Assembly (NCBI GenBank): GCA_044376115.1
Contig: JBILLK010000027.1
Location: 77,566 to 141,565 of the forward strand
DNA: 64,000 bases
Direction of reading: 5' to 3'
DNA from: Polyangiaceae bacterium
GTDB taxonomy: Bacteria > Myxococcota_A > Polyangia > Polyangiales > Polyangiaceae
In this document: positions 24,276 through 32,808 of the stretch, in pieces
Position numbering within the stretch: position 1 is the stretch's first letter
Layout: each line of letters opens with the position of its first letter
The notes under the pieces: model-generated
What the model was told of the DNA's origin: nothing
What the model saw: the letters and a program-made list of their open reading frames with translations, nothing else
The model's database searches: none
Made by a program: the position numbers and the translations under genes

Positions 24276-25487
24276 ATGCCGAATACCCCCGTATCCGACG
24301 CAGCTCCTGAGAGCTCGAACCCAGGCGACGCCCCGCGCGCCACCTTGCCGGATCCGGCCCTCGCTCCGCGAACCACCCTTCCCGATGTCGACGCAGCGAC
24401 CGGCGCGCGGACGACGTTGCCCGATGTTGCCGGACAAGACGCTGAGGCAGAGCCGCCCACGCACGAGCCCGAGGATGGCGACCCGGGCGACCCGGGCGAG
24501 GACGACGCGCCCAACCGGCCCAAAAGCAGCTGGCCCTACTTCCTCATCATCGGCCTGTTGTTTATGTCGGTCACCGGGCCGCTCGTCTTCTACTTCTTCG
24601 TGTGGCGTTATCGGCCGACGGCCCTCATGCATATACCGCAGGGTACTAGCGTGGCCGTGCGCTTCGACGGGCGGCAGCTCTATACGTATGAGCCATTCCG
24701 AACGCACGTGCTCGGCGCCTTCGACGAGGCCGCTGGCAAGAACGGCCGGGCCGATCGCTTTAAGTCCCATACTGGGGTGGACTTGCGCAAAGACGTGCGT
24801 GAGGTAATCCTGGCCACCTCCAACGGCGAGTCGTGGGTCGCTCTGATCGGCGGTAACTTCACCACCCGCGCCAAAACCAACTTCACCATCGGTCTGTCGA
24901 AGTTCCTGGACGAAGAAGGCGTCGGCGGCTTCAACGTGCGAGCGGATGGCGTGCTCGCTGGGCCGGTGTTCGTCGCGCAGGCCGAAGACAGCACGATCGT
25001 GATCTCGAGCTCCGGAGAGACGCTGGAGCGCTGCTTGGAGCCCGGGGAGGCCTATCAAGACCTCGGTCTCGCAGGCTCGGGCGCGGTGAGCTTCGTCGTG
25101 GACCGGCCAGCCTTCGAGAACCTCGCTGGTACCAACTCCGCGTTAAAAGATACGCCCTTCGCTCTGCTGCCGAGCAACACGAGCGCAGCCCGCCAAACCA
25201 ATAAACTAACGGGCTATCTGTCGCTCAAAGAGCCCGAATTTTTACTCGATATAACCCCAGTGTCCACCAGCACCCCGGAGCAATTGACCAAAGAGCTGGA
25301 GACGCTACAAGCCGAGGCCAAGCTCGCCTCGCTGTTACCCGAGCTCGGCGGTCTGCGTGATGTGGCACTCGCTGGGCGCATCAAGCCGCGCGCTACGAGC
25401 GTGATGGTGGAGGCCGAGTTCCCGCGGGCCAAGCTCAATGAGCTGCTCGAGAAGGTTGGCGAGGAGATCCGCACACGCTTCGAGTAG
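24276..25487 (+). CDS. hypothetical single-pass membrane protein
   Basis: Acidic/Pro N-terminus with three R(A/T)TLPD repeats, one TM, globular C-terminus. Confidence 0.7.
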   Translation: MPNTPVSDAAPESSNPGDAPRATLPDPALAPRTTLPDVDAATGARTTLPDVAGQDAEAEPPTHEPEDGDPGDPGEDDAPNRPKSSWPYFLIIGLLFMSVTGPLVFYFFVWRYRPTALMHIPQGTSVAVRFDGRQLYTYEPFRTHVLGAFDEAAGKNGRADRFKSHTGVDLRKDVREVILATSNGESWVALIGGNFTTRAKTNFTIGLSKFLDEEGVGGFNVRADGVLAGPVFVAQAEDSTIVISSSGETLERCLEPGEAYQDLGLAGSGAVSFVVDRPAFENLAGTNSALKDTPFALLPSNTSAARQTNKLTGYLSLKEPEFLLDITPVSTSTPEQLTKELETLQAEAKLASLLPELGGLRDVALAGRIKPRATSVMVEAEFPRAKLNELLEKVGEEIRTRFE

Positions 25488-27359
25488 CTAGTCCGGTGGT
25501 TGGTTCGCTGTGAGCCGGCGCAACGCGCTATGTAGCTCGTCACGGTTGAAGGGCTTGTCGAGCTTTTGCACCGGAGTGGCGCGCAGGAACGCTTCAATCG
25601 GGCCGCTAAAGATGCCGCCTGTCATTGCGATGAAGCGCTGGGCATAACGCGAATCCGCCTTCACCGCGGCGCGGTAGACGGCTGGGCCGTCCAGGTCAGG
25701 CATCATGAGGTCGCACAGCAGGATGTCGAAGTGTTGCTCTTGCAGCGCCTCGAGCGCTGCAGCGCCAGACTCTGCGGTGGTCACCCGATGTCCGCGCAGC
25801 ATGCGCGTTACGCTGCGCAGAATCTCGCGCTGGTCATCTACGACCAGGACATCGAGGCTGGGCAAAGGTGCTTCGGCGCGGGCCTTCCCAGCGAGCTCTG
25901 CAGCGGAGCCAACCGGAAGACTGAGCTCTACGGTGGTTCCGGGCGAAGCTTGTGGCACCAGCCGGATAAGCCCGCCCATTTGTCGTATCAGCGTCTCGGA
26001 GATGAAGAGGCCAAGCCCTGTGCCTTTGCCTACCTCTTTGGTGGTGAAGTACGGCTCGAACACGCGTTCACGCAGTTCCGGAGGAATGCCGATCCCGTTG
26101 TCGGACACGCGCACGTACACGCGCCCTTCGCTGCGGACCGCACTGACCCGAACCTGGGGATTAGGCTCCTCCTCCGGGATCGCGTGTAGCGCATTGACCA
26201 ATAGGTTGAGCAGGACCTGGCCCAGCTTGCGTGGGTGTCCGTTGGCGATGAGGCCGTCCTCGATGTCCACCGTCAGCCGCGCGCTAAAACCTTGCTGATG
26301 CTTCGCAATTGCGACGGCTTGTGTGACCGCTGACTTGAGCTCGATTGGGTGATTGGGCTCCTCTTGACCACGGCTCAAGACCGAGACGGAGCTAATTACC
26401 CCGCGAATCCTCTCAGCACCTTCCTGGGCCTCCGCCAAGAGCTCATCGTAGAAAGCCGGCTGGTGCTTGGCTCCTTGCTCCCGCGCTAGCGCTAGGTTGC
26501 TCAGCAGATAGGTGAGTGGGTTATTGATCTCGTGAGCTATGCCACTGACCATTCTTCCAAGCAGCTCGAGCTTCTGCTGCTCACGGAGCCGCTTGAGACG
26601 CTGCTCACGTTCATGCACCGTGACACGGCGCGCATCCAGATCGGTCGAGGCGACGGTTACACCGACGATGTAGCCATCTTTGAATACGGGCGTGAAACGA
26701 CTCAAGTTGGTCCGCGTACCGCCGTCCGGCGTATTGACCAGCCCCTCAAACACGTCCCCGCGCCCTGAATTGAGCACCCCAAGTAAACGGGTCTCTACAA
26801 TCTCCCGATATTCGGGCCTGACGAAGGTGAGCACCGGCGACCCAATGACGGCCTCGGCCGCAACGCCCGCCGTTGCATTACGATTGGTGAATAGGACGTT
26901 TAACTGCTTATCGACCACAGTAATGTAGTCAGGGATGTCGTTCGGCAGGTCGTGAAGCCACGCGTCATGTTCGAGCAACGGGACATGGGCGTCGCTGCGC
27001 GGGCGCGCCACCAAGGCCACCAAGCTCCCAGCCAACCGCTCTACGGTGACAGCGACCGGAACGGTGCCCCCGCTCGCGCGCCGCCAATGAGCAGCGTAGG
27101 TGTGCGCCGAGTCTCCCTTCACCCATACGTTCTCGCGTTCCCAAGCCGAATCCAGCTGAGGCAGCTTCATCGTGGTGAGCGCCGCTACTGCGTAGCCGGT
27201 GAGGCTCTCAGTCGCGTGATTCACTTGAACGATCGTGTCTGGCGCCTCAACCAAGAGCACAGCGTCACTGAGCAGGTCGTGCAGGCGACGCACGTCCGCC
27301 TTGGCCCAATCCGCCTTGCTCATGGCCTCCTGAGAATCGGAAGCAGCACCCCCCAGCAT
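25488..27359 (-). CDS. PAS-PAS hybrid sensor histidine kinase/response regulator
   Basis: AHEINNPL H-box, QVLLNLLVNA, DNGIG, FTTK..GKGTGLGL, receiver VVDD...CDLMMP...KP. Confidence 0.92.
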   Translation of the reverse strand: MLGGAASDSQEAMSKADWAKADVRRLHDLLSDAVLLVEAPDTIVQVNHATESLTGYAVAALTTMKLPQLDSAWERENVWVKGDSAHTYAAHWRRASGGTVPVAVTVERLAGSLVALVARPRSDAHVPLLEHDAWLHDLPNDIPDYITVVDKQLNVLFTNRNATAGVAAEAVIGSPVLTFVRPEYREIVETRLLGVLNSGRGDVFEGLVNTPDGGTRTNLSRFTPVFKDGYIVGVTVASTDLDARRVTVHEREQRLKRLREQQKLELLGRMVSGIAHEINNPLTYLLSNLALAREQGAKHQPAFYDELLAEAQEGAERIRGVISSVSVLSRGQEEPNHPIELKSAVTQAVAIAKHQQGFSARLTVDIEDGLIANGHPRKLGQVLLNLLVNALHAIPEEEPNPQVRVSAVRSEGRVYVRVSDNGIGIPPELRERVFEPYFTTKEVGKGTGLGLFISETLIRQMGGLIRLVPQASPGTTVELSLPVGSAAELAGKARAEAPLPSLDVLVVDDQREILRSVTRMLRGHRVTTAESGAAALEALQEQHFDILLCDLMMPDLDGPAVYRAAVKADSRYAQRFIAMTGGIFSGPIEAFLRATPVQKLDKPFNRDELHSALRRLTANQPPD

Positions 27360-27590
27360 GCGGCCACGCTAGCAGTGGCCGCAGCCTAAATCGCGAGGAT
27401 TTGCGCATAAGGCAGCCCCTTCGGAGTTTTGATTGTAGTTACGCGCTCTTGCAAAATAGATTTGTAGCCGCGGCTGAGTGGTCACGGGGCCGCCGGGTGG
27501 CGGGCTCACGGCGCTCGCGCCCGGGTTCACGGCGCCGCGTTCGACCAAGAAAGTGCATTGCAACTCTCATTGGAAGGATAAGACTCGTAG

Positions 27591-28268
27591 TTGATGGCAG
27601 GGCGAACCACCACCGTGCGCCTCGTTGGCATGTCGAGGTTGAGCGCATGGGCGCGCAGGCGCCGGTTTATCGAGCTCTCGACGTGGCTCCTTATAATCGT
27701 CGCTGGTCCGATCGTCCTGCCGGACGCGTTCATGACCCAGCAGTTCGAGGACTGGATCTTGTTAGCCCTCTGCTTTGGGGCGGCGATGAAGGCGCTGCAC
27801 TATGCCAGCGGCTTCTCGAGGGTAACGCTCGGGGTCGACCGCATCGTCGCGCGCTCCCTCGTTGGCAGCTACGCGATTCGGCAGGCTGAGCTCGAGCGCT
27901 TTCGCTACGTAGGTTCCGAGACGGAGCCGCGCGAATGGTACCTCGAGACGGCCAACGGTCTGCATCCCGTTGGCGCGGGCCCTGCGGCGAACGCGCTGAT
28001 CAAGCAAATGGTCGCACAGTGGCCGCAGATCCCGCGACCTTCGGACGCGCAGCTGCGGGCGCTTGGTGCTGCCGACTATCGCCATGAGTCGAAGGACCCG
28101 GCGGAGCTCTTAGCGATGTTGCGGATCCCCAGCCTCGATTCAGCGGAACGCGTGCGCATCGCCGAGCTCCTCAAGCCTCATGGCCCCGAGTATCAACGCG
28201 AGGTCGCGGCCGTCGCTGAGGCTACGCTCGATGCCGAGGAACGAGCTCGACTCCTGCGCGTAATCTGA
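27591..28268 (+). CDS. hypothetical membrane protein
   Basis: Two TMs, LGVDRI, helical C-terminus similar to 1875..3023 and 18763..20022. Confidence 0.55.
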   Translation: MMAGRTTTVRLVGMSRLSAWARRRRFIELSTWLLIIVAGPIVLPDAFMTQQFEDWILLALCFGAAMKALHYASGFSRVTLGVDRIVARSLVGSYAIRQAELERFRYVGSETEPREWYLETANGLHPVGAGPAANALIKQMVAQWPQIPRPSDAQLRALGAADYRHESKDPAELLAMLRIPSLDSAERVRIAELLKPHGPEYQREVAAVAEATLDAEERARLLRVI

Positions 28269-28371
28269 CCGACTGGCTATGTAGCCTGGGCGGGCTCGGA
28301 TACGCCCGAATTGGTTGCACGAATGCGAGTTGCCGGCGTCAGCTTGTCTCCAGGTCCACGTCGCTCCGGCG

Positions 28372-29121
28372 ATGCGAAGCGATATGGCGAAGGTGCTGGT
28401 GGAGAGGCCAAGGCTGCGGCGGGCGCCCCAGGGCTGCGGTTCGCCCTATCCGCGCAGCCAGCTCAAGAATCTGTTTGAGTCGAGCTTGGAGGACGCGCCC
28501 TCCAAGCTCGGTATGGGCGCAGGTCACCGTTTTAAGTGGTTGAATGAGAACCTGGCGCCCTTGCGGCGGTTTCTCCTAGCGCAGGTGGGGCGGCCTTGGG
28601 ACAAGGTGCGCTCGGAGATCGCTGCTCATGTGAGGCGCACCAATGCGGTACAGGCGCATATCTACGAGCACCTCTATCAATATGTAACGACCGAAGTGAC
28701 ACTGATTGACAGGGTACCGTATGAGGTGAGCCGTGGCCGGCTAACGCCCTTGGTGCAGCGATATCACGGTACCCAGCTATGGGTCTGCCCGCGGACTGGT
28801 CTATTGAAGAATGCCCCACTGGCAAGTCTCCCGAGCCGCGCCTTTGGTCGGCAGTTGCGGCTGGATGCCGTCAGTGAGCTACGTGAGGTGGCTGGGCTTT
28901 GGCGGCATGTCACCCTGCGTCGCTTGGACCCTGGCGCGCTCGCCATGGGCCCGCATGACGTTCTCCTGGGCCAGGCGCTATCGCCGGATTGGTTCAGCTA
29001 CGATCGCCGCTATGAGCGGCTGTTTGGCCGGGTGGACGCTTATGCTGTTGCCACGCGCGAGCCAGGAAAGCGTGAACTGAAGAGCTTGTCGCGTTTGCGT
29101 TACAACTCTCACGCCGTGTAG
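28372..29121 (+). CDS. conserved basic hypothetical protein (MRxDMxKVxVERPR / LNENLAPL...VGRPWDKV family)
   Basis: Arg-rich ORF. The N-terminal motif is recalled from other bacterial hypotheticals and was not verified. Confidence 0.65.
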   Translation: MRSDMAKVLVERPRLRRAPQGCGSPYPRSQLKNLFESSLEDAPSKLGMGAGHRFKWLNENLAPLRRFLLAQVGRPWDKVRSEIAAHVRRTNAVQAHIYEHLYQYVTTEVTLIDRVPYEVSRGRLTPLVQRYHGTQLWVCPRTGLLKNAPLASLPSRAFGRQLRLDAVSELREVAGLWRHVTLRRLDPGALAMGPHDVLLGQALSPDWFSYDRRYERLFGRVDAYAVATREPGKRELKSLSRLRYNSHAV

Positions 29122-29230
29122 ACCAGCGTGACGAAGCTCTACAACGAATTACTGGCGAATCTTCTGGCCGATAGCAGTTTGTTCTTTGCGTACGACGCTC
29201 CCTTCGAGCGGCGACGCAGAGGAGATAGCC

Positions 29231-29566
29231 ATGAGCTCGTTCAAGTCCATCGTTCCCTTTGCTTTGCTTGGATGTTTGGGTCTTCTGGCTTGCAACTCAC
29301 CCGAGGCACCCGCCGCTTCTGCCAGTGCAGTAAAGGCAGAAGGCTCCGCAGCGGCCAAGAAGGATGACGCCAAGAAAGATGACGCCAAGGAGGCTGCTAA
29401 GGAGACCCCCAAAGAGGGTAGCAAGGAGGCCGCCAACACCCCGGCGAATGCCGAGGTAAAGCCTACGGAGGCTGGCAAAGACGCGAGCAAGGAGCCCGCT
29501 AAAGAGGCTGCCAAGGACGGTAAGGAGCTGGCCACCAAGGAGCCCGCCAAGGCTCCGGCTAAGTAG
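29231..29566 (+). CDS. small low-complexity lipoprotein (Lys/Glu/Ala repeats)
   Basis: GGAG RBS, LLAC lipobox, KDDA/KEAA/KEPA repeats. Confidence 0.7.
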   Translation: MSSFKSIVPFALLGCLGLLACNSPEAPAASASAVKAEGSAAAKKDDAKKDDAKEAAKETPKEGSKEAANTPANAEVKPTEAGKDASKEPAKEAAKDGKELATKEPAKAPAK

Positions 29567-29576
29567 CTATTGGGCC

Positions 29577-30749
29577 TCAGCCCCAATCAATCTTATGGTC
29601 GGTGCGCTCGGCCCAATCCACCGGCAGGTGCAGCTTGCTGCGGAAGTGGGTGGCGCGCCAGACCAGGGTCACCTGTTCGAGCTCGGTCTCGAGGAACACG
29701 AGATCGAGCGCGGCGGGCAGTTTGACTTTGCCTTCGCCCAAGAGGGATAACGTGGCGCTCGGCCGCAGCCGCGGCAGGTCGACGAGGAAGTCGCGGCCGT
29801 CGAGCGAGGTCTTCCCCAGCTGAATGCGCTCGTTGCCCTCGAAGCGCCGGCGCGAGAGGTAGGGGTGCCCACCGTTGGCAAAGCCGTGGCGCGGCCGATC
29901 GATAATGGGCTTATTGGCGAAGTCTGCGTCGAACATCTGAAGCGCGCGCTCCTTCTCCGGCAGGTTGTCGTCGAAGGTTGGCGGGAAATCGCCGAAGAAG
30001 GCACAACGCGGAAACCACGCCGGGTGCAGCCAATCGAGCGAGGCGGGCATCGGCCGTTCGCCCCAGTGCTCTTGCGGCAAGATCAGCTCGCTCATCGCTA
30101 GTCGGTCATCGGCGAACTCAACGTTAGGGAGCGGCGTACCGATGGCGCCCTGCTCGTGCACCAAGTAGCCTTTGCCGGCGGGGTTACGTGGATAGGAGAA
30201 TACGCCGAGCTCCTCGTTTTCCTCCGGCGATAGGCTCTTCGTCATGTGGTCGAGCAGCGCCTTGTCCACGAGCACGTCCTCGGCCTCTTCATCGGTGCCG
30301 CCGTAGGCGTTCTCCCAGCCGAGTTGCAGCTCGCTCAGCGGCTCGGGGCTGGAGGCAATCAGGCTGTCCCCACGCCGATCGACGAAGCGGTCTCCGGTGC
30401 ATATCAGCGTACGTTGGATCGGCTTGATGTCCCCGGTGACCGAGAGCGCCACCTCGAACGAGGGCGCAGGCTTCTCCACGCGCGCTACTCCTTGAATCAC
30501 CAGATCGGTGAGGTTGCGCCAGGCGTATAAATCGATGTCGCGCACCAACATCGAAGGCTTCGTATGCCGCGTCGGCACCGAAGCCTTCACCGTCACGTAT
30601 TCCGGTTGCAGCTGGAAGCCCGCGCGCGCGTGGCATTTGCCCTTCGCGTCGATGCTGAAGGTCATGCCGAAGAGCACGCTGACGATCGGGCGACCGTCCG
30701 GTGCTTCACCCTCGGCGACGATGCTCTCGAGGCTGTTCGGGTCGGCCAC
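29577..30749 (-). CDS. DUF2169 family T6SS adaptor/chaperone
   Basis: TDLVIQG, GDRF, WENAYGG, NPAGKGY, PNVE, LDLVFLE...VTLVWR. Confidence 0.85.
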   Translation of the reverse strand: MADPNSLESIVAEGEAPDGRPIVSVLFGMTFSIDAKGKCHARAGFQLQPEYVTVKASVPTRHTKPSMLVRDIDLYAWRNLTDLVIQGVARVEKPAPSFEVALSVTGDIKPIQRTLICTGDRFVDRRGDSLIASSPEPLSELQLGWENAYGGTDEEAEDVLVDKALLDHMTKSLSPEENEELGVFSYPRNPAGKGYLVHEQGAIGTPLPNVEFADDRLAMSELILPQEHWGERPMPASLDWLHPAWFPRCAFFGDFPPTFDDNLPEKERALQMFDADFANKPIIDRPRHGFANGGHPYLSRRRFEGNERIQLGKTSLDGRDFLVDLPRLRPSATLSLLGEGKVKLPAALDLVFLETELEQVTLVWRATHFRSKLHLPVDWAERTDHKIDWG

Positions 30750-30751
30750 GT

Positions 30752-31795
30752 TCAGGGGCTCGCTTGGAAGTCGGGCACCAGCAAGTCGGAGCGCCCATCA
30801 ATGTAGGAGCCGAGCTGATCGGCCACGGTGGGCGAATAAGGCCCCGGTGGAAAGACCTGCTCTTTGAGATCGCTGAACACTGAGTCGGCGCTGGTGGGGA
30901 TGCCTGTCACCTCTTCCACGGCGCCGAGGGCTACGTCCTTGGCGCCGCCGGCCACGGTGTCAAAGACGCTTTGAAACGGGCGGCTGGGCATGCGCTCGCC
31001 GAGCAGACGATTGAGGCCTTTGTTTATGTATTTATCGGCGAAGTCGGGCGCGTCGGCTTGGAAGGTCTTAGGCATGCCGACGCGGCCCATCCAATCGAGG
31101 GCTTTGCGTTTGAGCGGGCCAGGGGGCAACTTGCCGCCCAGGCCCAACATGCGCTTGCCAAACCAATTGCCGAGTCCCTTTTGGAAGCGGCCGGTTAGAT
31201 ATTTACCGGCCTTACCGGCCAAGCTCTTGAACACCCGGCCGAGCACCTTGGTCAGCTTGTCCATCACCCAGGCCATCAGCGCCTCGAAGGCCCACTGCAC
31301 CAGCGCCGCGATCAAGTCCCCGAGTGTGAAGCCGAGCACCACGGTGGAACTCGGCATGATCACGATATCGGTCGGTAGCGGGACCGGATCATTGCAAGCG
31401 AGGTTAACGCCGATGCATTTGATGAAGGGCAGACCAACGGCAATGGGGCCCTGCTTTGCCACCACCGAGCCAACCGCGAGCACGTTGTTGCTGGAAGACG
31501 ACCAGAGCAACAGCGGGATCAGCAGGTTGGGGGCAGCCGGCGGAAAGGGAAACAGGTTCCAGTGCGGGACCAAGCAATGCTCTGGCTTGTTGCCGCGCGA
31601 ACAGATGGGCGAGCCATCGGCAAGCACGTCCTTGTTCCATTTGTCTTCGCCGAAAGACTCCGACCAACCCTCTTGGGCAAAGCCGATATGCCAGGCGACG
31701 CCAGGGGTGGGGATGATGCCAACCAAAAAGAGGCCAGCATGACGGTCGAGCGTGATGATCAGGTGGTGCGGTTTCTTCGGCCAGGTATCTGCCAT
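30752..31795 (-). CDS. divergent PAAR-like N-terminus plus hydrophobic/amphipathic C-terminus; candidate T6SS effector
   Basis: LDRH, VLADGSPI, SVVAKQGPIA and CNDP mirror the PAAR at 55731 (VDVH, VLSENFAV, TVLVNNQAIA, CNDP). Confidence 0.6.
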   Translation of the reverse strand: MADTWPKKPHHLIITLDRHAGLFLVGIIPTPGVAWHIGFAQEGWSESFGEDKWNKDVLADGSPICSRGNKPEHCLVPHWNLFPFPPAAPNLLIPLLLWSSSSNNVLAVGSVVAKQGPIAVGLPFIKCIGVNLACNDPVPLPTDIVIMPSSTVVLGFTLGDLIAALVQWAFEALMAWVMDKLTKVLGRVFKSLAGKAGKYLTGRFQKGLGNWFGKRMLGLGGKLPPGPLKRKALDWMGRVGMPKTFQADAPDFADKYINKGLNRLLGERMPSRPFQSVFDTVAGGAKDVALGAVEEVTGIPTSADSVFSDLKEQVFPPGPYSPTVADQLGSYIDGRSDLLVPDFQASP

Positions 31796-31807
31796 GACGC
31801 TCTCCGG

Positions 31808-32806
31808 TTAAGACGCCGCCCCGACAAGCTGCGCGCGGTCCTGAGGTACAAGGCGCGTGCAGCGCGCCTGATGCTTGACGAACGGGTATCGAAACATATT
31901 GCGATACGAAAGCTCGAGCCGCGGTTGCTCTCCGCGCAAGTCGAGCAGGATCTCCTCCAGCTCCAGCTTGCGTAGAAAGCGGCTTGGACCTAGGGCGATC
32001 TCCGCCACGAACAGAAACGGTGGTAACTCCAGCGTCAGCGACCCAGAGGCCGTCATTCCCTTCACCACGAGCGGCCCCTCGGTAACGCGTTGGCCGGACA
32101 GCTCTGGGTGGGCGCGATCGAACATGCCACCCTCGAAGTCGATGGCCAGCTTCTCGCTCTCGCCATCGAAGCGCGTGATCTTTTCGGCGCGCAGACCCCA
32201 GGTCACCGGATAGGGCCCAAATCCGACCGGATCCGGCTTGTCTTCCCAGCGTTTGATATGTGCACCGGCGCGCTCGATGTTGGGTAACGCCGAGCCGCGC
32301 GCCTCGCTGGCGCTCAGGTAGTAGCCGCGGCCGCGGGGGTTCTTGTGATAGGGCAATAAGCCGTATTCGGTCTTCGCCTCTCCGCCGTAGGCGCGCGCCC
32401 AACTAATGGGCATACGCGTAAACGGTTGTGGGCTGCTGGGCATCAGCCCGCCGGGAGGCCCTTCCCACACGCGATCGCCAAACACGTCGAGGTCGAGCTT
32501 GTACGGCCCCACCGCCACCGATACCCGGGTAGCAATGGTGGGTTTCGGACTGATGGCGTCTCCCAGCACAATCACGTCGGTGCCGAGGCGCGGCGGCAGC
32601 TCGTCCGCCGGCAGCTCACCGAAGTCTTCGAGCAAGGCCGGCTCGGTGCGCGGGCCTGCGTCCTTCGGGTCGGCCGGCTGTTCAACAAGACGCGCTCCGT
32701 CCACGAGGAAGCAACGCCGAGCGATCAGCGCTGCCGCCATCACCCCGTCCGGCCGCTCGGAGCGCAGCAACCCCGCGCGCATGCTGGTGTCGTTGACGAA
32801 GCGCAT
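31808..32806 (-). CDS. DUF2169 family T6SS adaptor/chaperone
   Basis: GTDVIVLGDA, VFGDRVW, PFTRMPISWARAYGG, NPRGRGY, LPNIE, PVGFGP. Confidence 0.9.
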   Translation of the reverse strand: MRFVNDTSMRAGLLRSERPDGVMAAALIARRCFLVDGARLVEQPADPKDAGPRTEPALLEDFGELPADELPPRLGTDVIVLGDAISPKPTIATRVSVAVGPYKLDLDVFGDRVWEGPPGGLMPSSPQPFTRMPISWARAYGGEAKTEYGLLPYHKNPRGRGYYLSASEARGSALPNIERAGAHIKRWEDKPDPVGFGPYPVTWGLRAEKITRFDGESEKLAIDFEGGMFDRAHPELSGQRVTEGPLVVKGMTASGSLTLELPPFLFVAEIALGPSRFLRKLELEEILLDLRGEQPRLELSYRNMFRYPFVKHQARCTRLVPQDRAQLVGAAS

Positions 32807-32808
32807 AA

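Noticed and set aside
27360..27590. ncRNA or tRNA in the divergent intergenic region
   Set aside because: No cloverleaf or recognisable RNA family; the AT-rich patches fit ordinary divergent promoters.
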